Shown here piece by piece: positions 31,968-47,730 of a stretch of 64,000 nt of DNA. Origin of the DNA: the human T2T-CHM13v2.0 reference genome, Homo sapiens; NCBI RefSeq assembly GCF_009914755.1, contig NC_060931.1. One strand, written 5' to 3'. How positions within the stretch are numbered: the stretch's first letter is position 1; the number at the start of each line of letters is the position of its first letter. The position numbers and the translations under genes are program-made. The notes under the pieces are model-generated. The model worked only from the letters and a program-made list of their open reading frames with translations. It was not told where the DNA came from and made no database searches.

Positions 31968-34676
31968 GTAAAGATAGATCATTAGGATTAATTATAAGTT
32001 CTAAAAGATGTAAAAACAGTCATATTTAGAATACTCTGGATGGAGAATACAGCTTATTTTTAAGTGTACCAAATCTGATAACAAAAACATGGAAGAGCTT
32101 GTAATTTATATAGCTCCTGTTTTGAAAAATAGCATATGTTAGTTCCTGATTTAACATATCAGGTTTATTTAGGCCTAATACTCTACCAGATTGCTAACTC
32201 TAGAGTGAAATTTGATTAGACTTTTTCATGAGTATCTTGAGAGCCTCATTGTTTTATACATAAAGAAGTTATGATTCTATTCTAAAAGATAATGCAAATA
32301 TAATGTTAACTCCATGTAATATATGTTTGCCTGTGTTCATTCATTTGCTTTCAGTTTTTCTCTTTTCCTTAAATTTATCTTTTTAAGTCATTTTTATACT
32401 GTGCTCAATGGAATACAAAAAATTTTAATAACTTTTTCTCTTTTAAAAGAGATACTCAGATATTCTCTTTCTATAAAGTTTTATTCTCAGGCTATTCTTG
32501 AAAATTAAGATCCTCCCTTTCCATTTTAAAATTAATTAATTTTCCTTGAGTGCTTATAGATACTTGTTTCAAAGCTTTCTTCTACATTAATGTTTTAGCT
32601 TTTTCTAAAGAGACAGGTTTCACATACTGACTTTTGGGAAAGGTTTTCATTCTCAGAAAACTATGCTAGAGAGCAGCAGTGTTCATTATTTACAGAACTA
32701 TTTTTTTCCATCAGTTATCTCATGGTGCCTAAAATTTCTAGATCAATCAGTGAATAGCAAAATAGATAAATGAATTTATAGTTATTTAATCAAAATCTAT
32801 TGTCTTATGTTCAAAGATTATATTCCTCTCAAATAACTGTTATTGTAAGCGTATTGAATATTGAATACCTAGCATGTGTAAATCATCTTAATCAGTTTTT
32901 AACTGTATGTAAAGTTCTGTGTGTATATATCGAACTGGAAATCATTTTATTAATTACAGTACTTTTTACAGAAGGACTGCCGTGTACGTTTCTGTAAGGA
33001 CTTAATGCAAATTAGGATTTGTACTTTGGGGAAATGTTGAAGGATAATGGCGTCCTTGTGATTTTTGTTTTACTTGTGATAAGTCAGACTACATGTGAAT
33101 AAGAAAATAAGGGAGTAACTGGGCTCCACAGCAGTGAGTGGAATGGAAATAAATGACAGTGTTCAACAAATGGCTAGTCGGAGAGGGTTTTCCTTAGTCT
33201 GAAATTTTAAAAAATTCTAAAAGTCTGTTTTATTAAAATGTTCACAGGTAGTTAATAATCTGCCAAAGAGTATAGTCTAATGACTTAGTTCTTCTTAATT
33301 TTAGTTTGGTCTTTTCTCCAGAACTTAACATTTCCAGACACCACTAAGATAGACTTTCTGGCAGCCCCTGTCCTAGTCTGTGTCTGGCACTGCTTTTTGT
33401 CTTCAGTATATAATTTATTCTTTTATTAAGTGTCTAAGAAGCTAAATCACTGACACTCTTTTTGTGCTACATACTGTTTAATTATTTTAACGAGAGGTTG
33501 AAAATATCTAACTTCTGGTTTCTGCCAAAAGTAAGTGGAGGAAAGGGAACACAAGTACTCATATATTGATATAGAAAGCCTAGGGAACTGATGGAAGGCA
33601 GATACTACCTGTATTTCCCTCTGCTCTTCATTTGGACCCTTGAAAGTGACCATAAGTTGACTCATCATTTGGCTATTCTGGAAGAATTTTTGTGCTTATT
33701 CTGAAAGACAAATTATAATGGATTAGCAGTAATTCTGAAAAATCTAAGGATTTTACTTACGAACAAATTGTGGAAAAGTATTTCATTGTAGCATGAACAA
33801 ACATGGCAGATACCTTTAAGCAGTGTTGTTTATTCCAAGTGAATGTTACTAAGGCACATACCAAGTTCATGAATACCTCAGTGACTTCCCCTATACTATG
33901 CTGTGTCTCTAGTTTTAGGTAGGAAAGAAGAAAACATATATTTGTGTGCTAACTATATACCAAGCAATGTATACTTTGATTCAGCAAGGATTTAGGATGT
34001 GGATCTTCTCATTCCAGATCCAGTGTTCATTCCATAAGACTATGCTGTTGCTCCTAACTCAAAAAGACTCTAATGTTGATGATCAGCTGTGATTTCTAAG
34101 CTAAAAGAATGACAAAGGAATTGGTTTTCTTTTGTTTCCATGGCACTATTACGCTGTGCTGGGGTATGGTCTGACATTTTCAGAATGTCTAAAAATGTGA
34201 GACCTAGTTTGTTGAATGTAACTAAAATAAAATATAGATGGATTGGCCATTTTTCTCCATTTCTTTCTTGCATATAAGGAGAAAGAGACAGAGAGAATGT
34301 GTGTGTGAGAGAGAGAAATCCTTGTTTCTGAGATAGAGAGAGAAATTCTTGTTTCTGAAGATAGGAACATGATTGTATCTGGGCTTTCTTGTGTGTATTC
34401 AGAATCGGTACTGTCCTCGAATCACTTTGTAGTGAATATAAGTGCTTTTCTCCCCTTTTCTCTCTTCATAAATGTTAAAAGTTAATTACATATGGTGCTA
34501 AACTGATGGAAGCTTCAGGAATCACTAAACAGAGACTGGTCTCAAGTGATTGTCCCAGCAACTGGCACTAGGTTGATTCAGCCCTCCCAAAAGACAACAG
34601 GCTTCCAAGAATCTGCAATTTGTGGGTTGAACAGTGTACGTATATAACTTAATGAAGTCCACCATCGTATACCTTA

Positions 34677-35121
<445 letters not shown>

Positions 35122-35152
35122 CTACCAGGTTATTAGAATTGTTAAGAAATCC

Positions 35153-35459
35153 TGCTGGGCATGGTGGCTCACACCTGTAATCCCAGCACTTTGGGAAGCT
35201 GAGGCAGGCAGATGGCTTGAGTTCAGGATTTCAAGACCAACCTGAGCAACATGACAAGACCTTGCCTCTGCGCAAAATATAAAAATTAGCCTGGGCATGG
35301 TGGGACACTCCTGTAGTCCAGCTACTCAGGATCCTCCTGAGTGATCCTCAAGGAGGATCACTTGAGCCCAGGCGGCAGAGGTTACAGTGAGCTGAAATCA
35401 CCCTACTGCACTCCAGCCTGGGTGCTAGAGTGGGGTGTTGTCTCAAAAAAAAAAAAAAA
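35153..35459 (+). mobile_element. AluJ
   Basis: Full Alu with TSD gttaagaaatcc. Confidence 0.9.
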
Positions 35460-38429
35460 GTTAAGAAATCCACCAACCATCTAGATGTGTTTCGTAATGA
35501 AAAGGTGAAAACTGCTACAACTTCCTGTCTAGTGTTACTGAAGATCAAATACTTATTAACTACTGACAGTAATAATTCCTTATTTATTCTCTGTAGCCAT
35601 AAAGAAAACTTTTGTGAATAGTCCGTATAGCTAATTTTAACTTTTACATTACTAAAAAATTAGCTTTCTGATGAAACATTTTCTAACGTCATTACACACT
35701 TGATTGTTAAGCACAGTGAACAAGACATAAACGAACTCCTTGTGGCTTGATTAGCTTTATTAATAACTTATTGATAACATATACATAAAATTGATTACTA
35801 TAGATGATATTGAGAATAAGACTGAATGAGTATTGACTGACTAGACTTGTGCTATAACTGATTCTATAAATTTGCTTTTGGGATTATTTCCTGTTTTTCT
35901 GATGAAGGTGGAGCAAAGCATGTTTGACTGAACTGGTCCTTGATAGTATAACCGGGCTGTTTTCTCTAGAACTAATTATCAAATGAAAGGCCAAAGCAAT
36001 TATTTTCCAAATGGTTCCATAGACATGTCGTAGAGGCATAAATGTATCCTGGGAAATACTAGATTTGGAGTCAAGAAACCTGAGTTCTCTTTTCAGTTTT
36101 GACATTTGTCTTATGACAAGCCACTAACTCTGCATCTTATCTTCTGTGTCTTTAAAATGAAGGGGATAGACTTTTTAAGATTTTGGTTGGGTAGGGAAAA
36201 GATTGAGCTATTTAAAGGAAAAGAAAGTTTATTAGACTAGATGATTCTTAAAATTTTTATTTATTGAGCCTTTATGCCAACTAATAATCTTTGGTAGAAT
36301 CCAATATAAGGTACTTTTATTAACCTCTTTTCACAGATGAGGAAATGAGGTCCTGGGAAGTTAAGTAATTTGCCCAAGGTCAGGCAGCATGCACAGGGCT
36401 CTTGTAATGCTCTAAGTCCTGACTTCAAGATAGCTGAAAGTTGTTGTTGGAACCCAGTTAGTTATGGGGCAGGAAAGTATGCACAATGTATTATCCCACT
36501 GCTTATACAGTTAAGTCATAGAAAGGCTAAATATAGCTTTGGGGCGGTGAGGGAAGAAGAGAAAGCTAAATGGGACTAGACGCTAGGGTGCATGGAACTT
36601 AAAATAGCTGTAAGTATCCCCAGTAATTATGCCATCATTGGGCCTTCCCTTTGGTCCCTAAAGGACCTATCACTTTGTTTAGACAGAATTTAGCATTTTA
36701 TTTTTAAAAACTTCCTTTCACATGAAATTTCAAAATCTGGGTAGAATAAGGTCTCTTTTTTGTGTATTCATATTTGGCAATGTAAACTTTAAAAAATCTG
36801 CCCATTTGTAATGTATTATAAGGCTACCTTCAGCCCCATAATTATGATTCTCTACATTTATCATCCTTTGATATTTTAGCAACATTTAACATAGTATCTT
36901 TTTATACAACACTGTCATGGCAAAGCAATGCACACTACCTTAAAAAAATTATTTATATGTACTTGGCTCTTTCACTTCTTTTAGGTTTGTTGATGTAATA
37001 TAGAAAATAAATTTTAATCTCTATTTTAATAATTTCTTCTGGGGTGTTTTGGCATTTTTTCAATGTCATTTGTGCTTACTATAAGTTCTGCATAGTAGTT
37101 AATGTGGAAACGATTTTCTTTTATAAGTAACATTAGAAATTGTGTTTATTGTTAGGAGAGCAAAAGTATTATATAGAGTCTTTGTGATGGATAAAGTTTC
37201 TCATAACATTTCTTCTGTAATTATATTTACTTTTCTAGTTAAATATATCAGTTGTACATTGAATTAGTGAAGTGTAATGCTGGTATCTTAGAAGATAATA
37301 AAAACAGTAGGACTCAGTGGCTCAGGGTTACATCAAGTCTAGCCATATGGAAACTTTACTATTCCTCATACAAACTTGTGAAGTGATCTTTCTATGAAGG
37401 TACAAAAATATCATAGTAAAATATAGATTGGTTTATATTAGCTAATTATAAACAAAATGTATTTATAATATCTTTCGAAGTTTTGTAAGTGTCATTTTAT
37501 TTCTTCTAAAGTATTCTTGGAGTTACTCTGACACATTGACCTTAAAAGAATCAATCAACAGTCCTCTTCCTGCTTTATGTCAGATCATTTAAGTGTCTAG
37601 GACTTAACTAAACTGGTGTTGGCAAACATTGCTAAATGCAGTTTCATTAGTATTGCAAAAGTGAGGATTTAGACTGTGCTCAGAGATTAGATTTTTGAAA
37701 AAAGCTACAGTATTCTGCAATATTTCGATCATAGAGCTTAAAAAGTGTATTTCAAAGGTCTATTAATACTTTACATGCCAGAGTGACCTCTTAGTTTGTA
37801 AAAAAAACGCATTCAGGGAATTGCATTTGCTCACTTTTTATCTTTTTAGGTAACAAATAGTGGGTCAAATTCTTAGCAGATTTTAAATGAGTTATCCTTG
37901 TTCAGAAATATGCTATTGTCACTGAGTTTTAGATTTTATATATGAATTGTTTATTTCTAAGTTAGCTTGAGCTTTTTCTGGTGTTCTGTTTTGAAGTTGC
38001 CACTCTGTTTATGTGTATTTTTCTTTCATTAGATGAAGCTTGAAATATTAATTGGTTCATCCTATGGTTTCTATAACATACTTACATCTAACGTATCTTG
38101 CTGCCTTTACCTATTATAATATTATACTATAGTTTAGCCTAGGATGATGTCACTGGCCCTTTCTTTCTATGCATACATATACATTAGTGCAGAAGTCTGA
38201 ACTGTATTGTTGAATGTGGCTTCTTGTGTAGTAATGTAGTAATATGTAGTAATAATACTGTGTAGTAATCTTGGGCAGTGATGCCTTGTGAGGCTGTTGA
38301 GATAAGGAGGAATTGGCTTTGTCTAAATATCTGCTATTGCTGAGCTAGAATGGGAAGTGACAAACTTTTCATGTGTTATGTCACCATTTACCTGAAACTT
38401 TGGTTGAATGCAGTGACCCATTTTTCTTT

Positions 38430-38718
38430 CTCTTCTTTTATTTTTTCTTTATCTTTCTGTCTTTCTGTCTTTCTTTCTGGCAGTGTCTCGCTGTGTCACC
38501 CAGGCTGAAGCACAGTGGCACAATCTTGGCTCACTGTAACCTCTGCCTCCTGCCTCAGCCTCCCAAATAGCTGGGACCATGGGAGTGTGCCAGCACACCT
38601 GGCTAATTTTTTGTATTTTTAGTAGAGATGGGGTTTCGAACTCCTGGCCTCAAGTGATCCACCTGCCTTGGCCTCCCAAAATGCTGGGATTATAGGTGTG
38701 AGCCACTGGACCTGGCCC
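38430..38718 (-). mobile_element. Alu (internally deleted)
   Basis: Antisense Alu consensus. Confidence 0.85.
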
Positions 38719-38796
38719 TATTTTTCTTTCTTATAATCAGACTTTACCTATTTTCAGTTTCTATTGACTTTTAGTTTTTGCCTTAAAGAATATTAG

Positions 38797-41474
<2,678 letters not shown>

Positions 41475-42584
41475 AAAAAATATTAGAATTATAGCCTTTA
41501 ATATTACTATTCAGTTATGTTAGCTAGTCTTTAGGACACTTGCCCCGTTGTACTTTGTATTAAACATGTGGTCAAAAAATAATGTCTTTATGCGGATATT
41601 CCTGTTTAATGAAGTACGTGTTGTAGTTAACTTCTTGGTAAAGCAAACAATGTTAAATGAATCATATTTTGTGGATTTTCTTTTTTATGGGCATATAGAA
41701 CACTGAAGAAAATCTTACGGCCTCTGACTATAACCATGTAAGAAACTGTATAAAATTGTATGTAGGAATTTTAGGAAATAGGGAGGTATAGGAAAAGTAA
41801 TGAAATGAATTATAATTAATATTTGTTTTGTTCATTTTAAAATATTATTCTATTATTGAATTAAGTGCCTCAAAATATAAAATAAATGTATAGTGCAGTA
41901 GCTGAATCTTTGATTATTTGACCCACTGTATTATTCCATAGTTAATGTAGTGATTCTAGAGGCTTTGATAGTTTAGTTATGATTTTTCATTTATCTTGAT
42001 GTTTTTATAACTCTGTATTCAAGGTAATTTTGGTGGATATCTGTGCTTCACCAAATAATAGCATGTCATTTTTAGTATTCCAGCATCTACTATGGTTTCT
42101 GGTGTTTAGAAAGCCAGCCTTGCAGTAAATATTTTTTAAATCCTTACATAGGGTTTATATAGAGATTTCTGTTTAGCTATATATGTTCAAATCTGTGATT
42201 TGAACCCAGCTACATGAACAATGATTGTTAGTGCATGCAAGTCCTGTGAATATCTGACAAAGGTTAAAACTAATAGATTATATTTGTGTTGCCCATTTTG
42301 TAAAAATGCCTAATAGTTTAGGTAACTGATGGTTTTTATCTTCATTTAAGGCCTGTTATTCAGTGGTAGTGGTGGAAAAACACTGATTTAGACTTTCACA
42401 CAAAATAAAAGGAGCTGGGTGCTCTTGCTGGTAGAGATAGGTGGGATAAAGATGGGTGATGTCAGCATAGTCCACATATTAAAAGATGGAAGATAGATTT
42501 CCACAGAATGAGTTTCTAAGTTACATTTAAAGTTCTATTAAGTGAATTTTGATTTAGTGAGGCTCCATGGACTCAGCTTCTGAA

Positions 42585-42878
42585 TTTTTGTTTGTTTTTT
42601 TTGAGACAGGGTCTCACTCTGTCACCCAGGCTGATTGCAGTGGCGCAATCATGGCTCACTGCAGCCTCAGCTTCCTGGGCTCCAGCAATCCTCCCATTTT
42701 AGCCTCTGGAGTATCCAGGACCACAGGCATGTGCCACCACACCTGGCTAATTTTTTAATTTTTATAGAGACGTGGTCTCCCTATGTTACCCAGACTGGTC
42801 TTGAACTCCTGGGCTCAAGGAATCCTCTCACCTTGGGCTCCCAAACTGCTGGTATTACAGAGCCACCAGTGCTGACCC
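42585..42878 (-). mobile_element. AluJ
   Basis: Antisense Alu consensus. Confidence 0.88.
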
Positions 42879-43999
42879 TGAATCTGTTATACTTAGAGAA
42901 ACTAAACCATCCATGCCCAAAATTTGGTGGGCTCTTCAAGTTAAAAATTCTGATGTTTTTATAGTCCCTCCTAAAGACTGTGGTAATACTGAGCTCCAAG
43001 TAAGGAGAATGTGAATTATATATTAATTTGAACTTCATCGTAATGTAAAAACTTTAAACTGTAAAGCAGATTTTGAGGTGGTTATTTGCTCTACGCAATA
43101 TCTAACTTATGTGCAGGTAAAATGACCCAATTTACAAAATGTTATTTACGCAAACTTTTTAGGAAGTCAGTTACACAAGGTTGAGGTTCATCTGAGGTTG
43201 TAAAAACATATTAACTGAATAGTGTAATTTCTCATTGCTGAATAAAATGTTCTACTGAGATTTAGCAAAATTAATATCCTAAGAAACTATTATAAATGAA
43301 CATGAATACATCTTTTCCATTCCCTTTCTGTCTGAGTTTTACAATTCTGAGGAATGTGGTATTCAAATAACCCCTAAAAGGGAAAGAACTCATATATGCT
43401 AATGATTTTCTCACATTTCTGTGAAAAGATATGCTTATATTGGATAAATATCCCAAGACTTTTTCTGGAATATTTTGTCCTTATTTAAAAAAGTATTACT
43501 TTAGTTATAGTTCCCTAGGAAATTATTCCTAACCAGCCTCATATTTCTGTCCTTCTTCCAAGAAAAACTTTCACAAAACATTCTACTCTTGTCACTGTCA
43601 GGGGGACAGAGCAGTAAGTAAGCATAATTAGACTACAAATATGGTTAGTGCTGTAGATTATGATTTTGTGTATATTTGTATATTTCTACAGGCTGATTTT
43701 AATTTGTTGTTTTCGTATATACTTAAGGACCCAGGGAAATGTGTGTATGTATGTGTATGAGAGAGGGAGGGAAGGAAGGAGGGAGAGAGAGAGGGAGAAA
43801 GAGAAAGAGAGTAATAGCATGCGCACCCTAAAGTTCACATTCCTTTTTCAGCAATCACTGGATAATCCCTGGCTCCTGACATTTTCTCCATACAGAGTAG
43901 AGGTTCATGATCACTTTTTCATAATACTTTAGGTAATTTTAATATACTGAGGGATAGTGACTTAGGATTTGCTCACTTCGTATAAGATAAAACCAATGA

Positions 44000-44069
44000 T
44001 GGGCACACATTTACCTGTGTAACAAACCTGCACGTCCTGCACATCTATCCTGGAACTTTAAGTTAAAAA
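44000..44069 (+). mobile_element. Extremely 5'-truncated L1PA 3' tip
   Basis: tgtaacaaacctgcacgtcctgcacat...ggaactt + A tail; TSD aaaacca(a/g)tga at 43989 and 44070. Confidence 0.85.
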
Positions 44070-44753
44070 AAAACCAGTGAACACCCAACTAGACATATTC
44101 CTGAATGTCTTCCTTGTGATTCAGGGGAAGTTTACTATTTATAGTGTTATATTTCCTTCTCGGAAGCATTTATTCAATGCTGAACACCTTGACTGAACTG
44201 TTTACCTCAGAGTTATTTGGTAAGGTGTAAGTTTGTTGTGTGTGGGTTTGGAGAAAAATCAATCCGTTTAGATATAAATCCTTTCTTCTGAATCATATAA
44301 TATAGTTTTAGAATGGCAATCCTGTTATCTGCAGTTTAATTTTCTTAACAAATGTATCAATTTTCTCTGCTGGGGTTGGCTTTATAATTTTTGAGTGGAA
44401 GATTATGTTGGTATTTAAATTCAAACTTGAAACAAGCATTGAAAAGTATAATTACTGCATTTCTATTGGCTGGAAATGAGTATTTTTATAGTTGGTACCT
44501 GTGTATGGCAAGTTAAAACAGACATGATCCTTACACATTCTACAAGTTTACAAATCTGAATTTTTTAAAGTATCATTATAACTGTCTTTGGATATTTTGC
44601 TCATGGTTTTTATCTTCTTCTTGATCCTGTTACTGTCTGTATAAAAAGTTTTAAAGTGTATTCAATCTCTTTTTCACAAAATAGAATATATCATACTCTC
44701 TTAGTACAGGAATTCGTATTCAATTTACATGCTTTGAAAAAGTGACCTAGTGT

Positions 44754-45062
44754 GGCCAGGCACAGTGGCTCCTGCCTGTAATCCCAGCACTCTGGGAGGC
44801 TGAGGCAGGCGGATCATGAGGTCAGGAGATGAAGACTATCCTGGCTAACACGGTGAAACCCTGTCTCTACTAAAAATACAAAAAATTAGCCGGGAGCAGG
44901 GGGAGGGGGGGGTGGCAGGCACCTGTAGTCCCAGCTACTCAGGAGGCTGAGGCAGGAGAATGGCATGAACCTGCTAGGCGGCGCTTGCAGTGAGCCGAGA
45001 TCACACCACTGCACTCCAGCCTGGGCGACAGAGCGAGACTCTGACTCAAAAAAGAAAAAAAA
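44754..45062 (+). mobile_element. AluY
   Basis: Y diagnostics (atcctggctaacacggtg, aatggcatgaacc, gcttgcagtgag); perfect 18-bp TSD gaaaaagtgacctagtgt. Confidence 0.93.
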
Positions 45063-45379
45063 GAAAAAGTGACCTAGTGTATTTTTCTGTGTTACTGAGA
45101 ATAAAACTAATAAAATTCAACAAATTTTACTCTATATAATTGCAAGTTTGAGTCATGTGTTTTAAAGATTCATATGTAATATATGATTAGAAGCATAGTT
45201 ATGAAGGTAAGAGTATTGAATGATTTAAATTTACACTCAGAGACTTGGTACAGAAATGGAGTTGGTTTCTTCACTTATTGGCATGATGGTTCCAGCCTTT
45301 ATGGTTAAGAGATATTCAGACCTAGAGTGTCATTGGATTGAGTTCTTACTTCCTACTAGCATAATCTTTGACTTTTTCT

Positions 45380-46060
45380 CCTCACTCATTTCTCCCATCC
45401 TTCTGGTCACTATATCTTGTCTTACCTTCTCAGAATTATCTACTGAACATGGTGGGGTTTTTTTGCATTCTTTCCATGTCCTAATTATTACTTCTTGCTT
45501 GGACTTTTGGAATTGTCACCTCTTAAGTCTTTTCCCATGCCAGTTGTCTTGCATCTTTAATGTAATCATTATACTGCTATAAGTACAGTCTTTCTTTAAA
45601 AACAAAACAAAAAAACCCCACAAAAACTGATTTTAATGAAAGATTTCTGTTGGTTCCTTGGTGAATTAGGGGTAAAAGACTCATCTCACTATCCTCCACT
45701 GTGTACCTTGTGTTCCTGCCAAACTGAACTCACTTTCTTTGGGTATATTTTTCCTGTCAGGAATACTTGTGCCTCTAATATACATGATTTTTGCCTGAAA
45801 ACCCTAGCCGTTCTTTGCAAACAGCTTTCCAATATCATGCTTCTCTGCAAAATATTCCTGACGTTTCCAGGTAAAGAGAAGTGTGGCTTTCTTTGAATAT
45901 TCAAAGCACTGTATTTACACCTTTACATCGTACTGTCACTATTTAAGACACTTGTCATCTCATCTGAAATGTCAGTTTCTTGAGGGCAGGAATTCTGGAC
46001 TGTTCAGGATCTCATTGCCCACCAAATGTATTTCTCTACTTGAATGTTTCTATTTCACTC
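45380..46060 (+). mobile_element. L2 fragment
   Basis: Degenerate L2 ending in ttgagggcagg...ttgaatg. Confidence 0.55.
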
Positions 46061-46112
46061 TAACAAATTGCCTGACATTTTACTACTTAGAGATCCTTTT
46101 GAGTTGACAGTC

Positions 46113-46401
46113 ATTTATTGATTGATGATTGACAGAGTCTCGCTCTGTTGCCCAGACTGGAGTGTAATGGCATAATCATAGTTCACTGTAACCCCAGACT
46201 CCTGGGCTCAAGCGATCCTTCCACTTGAGCCTCCCGAGTAGCTAGGACTACAGGTGCATGCCGCCATGTCTGGCTAATTTATTTTTTATTTTTTATTTTT
46301 TTTAGAAATGGGGTTCCACTGTGTTGTTCAGGCTGTTCTGGCCTCAAGTTATCCTTCCGCTTTGGCCTTTAAAAGAGCTGGGGTTGCAGGAGTGAGCCAC
46401 C
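46113..46401 (-). mobile_element. AluJ
   Basis: Antisense Alu consensus. Confidence 0.88.
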
Positions 46402-46800
46402 ATTTTATTTTTTAAAATGCGTATCTCTGAAAAGATATCCTTGAAACTCACTATCTTTGTATGAATTAGTTCAATTAGATTATTTTCCTCATGATATTAA
46501 ATTGAGAACAACAGTACCAAGATAATGGGAGTCTTCTTGGAGATGAGATGGGAGTGACGGACATAATGCTTTTTGGGGAGAGTAAGTAGTAGTCTTTCAG
46601 TAAGATGATGTTTGGAATATGAGAATATAGTCTTTCATCTCCATATGGCCCCAAATCCCAAAACCTAGAACTAAGGCAGCACTGGAGTCTCTGTTGATAA
46701 GAGTTTACAGTTTACAATAAGGTTTTTGTGGTTAAGTCTATGTTAAAAGGATCCAGAAAGTTCAACTAGTGTTACGTGTTTTAATGCTGATGAGCAGAGT

Positions 46801-46833
<33 letters not shown>

Positions 46834-47499
46834 CTATCAGGTGTATTGTTATTAGTAGATACTTAGTATCATCAGTGTGAAATTACATACCACCTTGCTT
46901 TGACAAATCTTAAGAACTTTCGAATAAGTTATGGGAGTCCTGACCATCCTTTAAGGAAAACAGTGCACTCCTCTAAAAGCCTATTCAAAGAGGTCACATT
47001 GAGGAATTATATATGTTTTCTAGTCTTTTTGAAGTACTTTTTTTTAATGTCTTCGGAGAATTTCATTTAGAATACTCTTGGAGTGAATCTGTCTTTTAGG
47101 GGTAGATACGACTTTTGAAAATAACCAAATGTCATTAAGAACCTAATGTGGAGAGTAAGGTAGGTGATTAAGTTAGATTATCTTATTTATGGTGACAGAT
47201 GATGATGCTTATGCAATGAGAGTCACTTTAAAATTTGGACAGACTGTCTCCAAGAGTAATTTAGACAAATAGAGTTATTAATAATACAAAAAGTCTTCTA
47301 TAGTAGACTCCTATATGTTCACCTAATCCTCTTTTCTCTCCCTCTTGTGCCTACTTCTAGGCTGTAATTTCTGGCCCCCTTTGCAGTTCTGTATTTTTTT
47401 CTTTGCTGACCTCTGCTGCAGTTAGATAAGGCTAAATGATAAAGAACACTTTCATCCTTGTTCAACTTAAAAATTCTTATGTGGTCCTCCTCATTCTTT

Positions 47500-47730
47500 C
47501 TTTTCCCTCATCTGCCAACTGGATGCAGAGAATCTAGTAAAGGACTCTGACCAAGGTCCTAATGGAATGGTAGAGCCATGAGATGAATGAAGTCTGAATC
47601 CCTAAATGATCAAGTAAAAAGCAATCTGTCAGTCAGAAAATACATATTGGGCTTTTATTGTGATAAGGCACTAATTTTTTATAAAAATAAAGCTATAATT
47701 TTAAATTGTAGCGGCTAGCATTACCACCCT
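47500..47730. mobile_element. MLT1-type MaLR LTR fragment
   Basis: atggtagagccatgagatg...gtctgaatccctaaatga...attgggctttt. Confidence 0.5.

Noticed and set aside
34309-34365. Short tandem duplications (also ~807-830, 16968-17022, 38230-38270, 57369-57392)
   Set aside because: Ordinary slippage duplications with no spacer structure; not CRISPR-like or otherwise organised.
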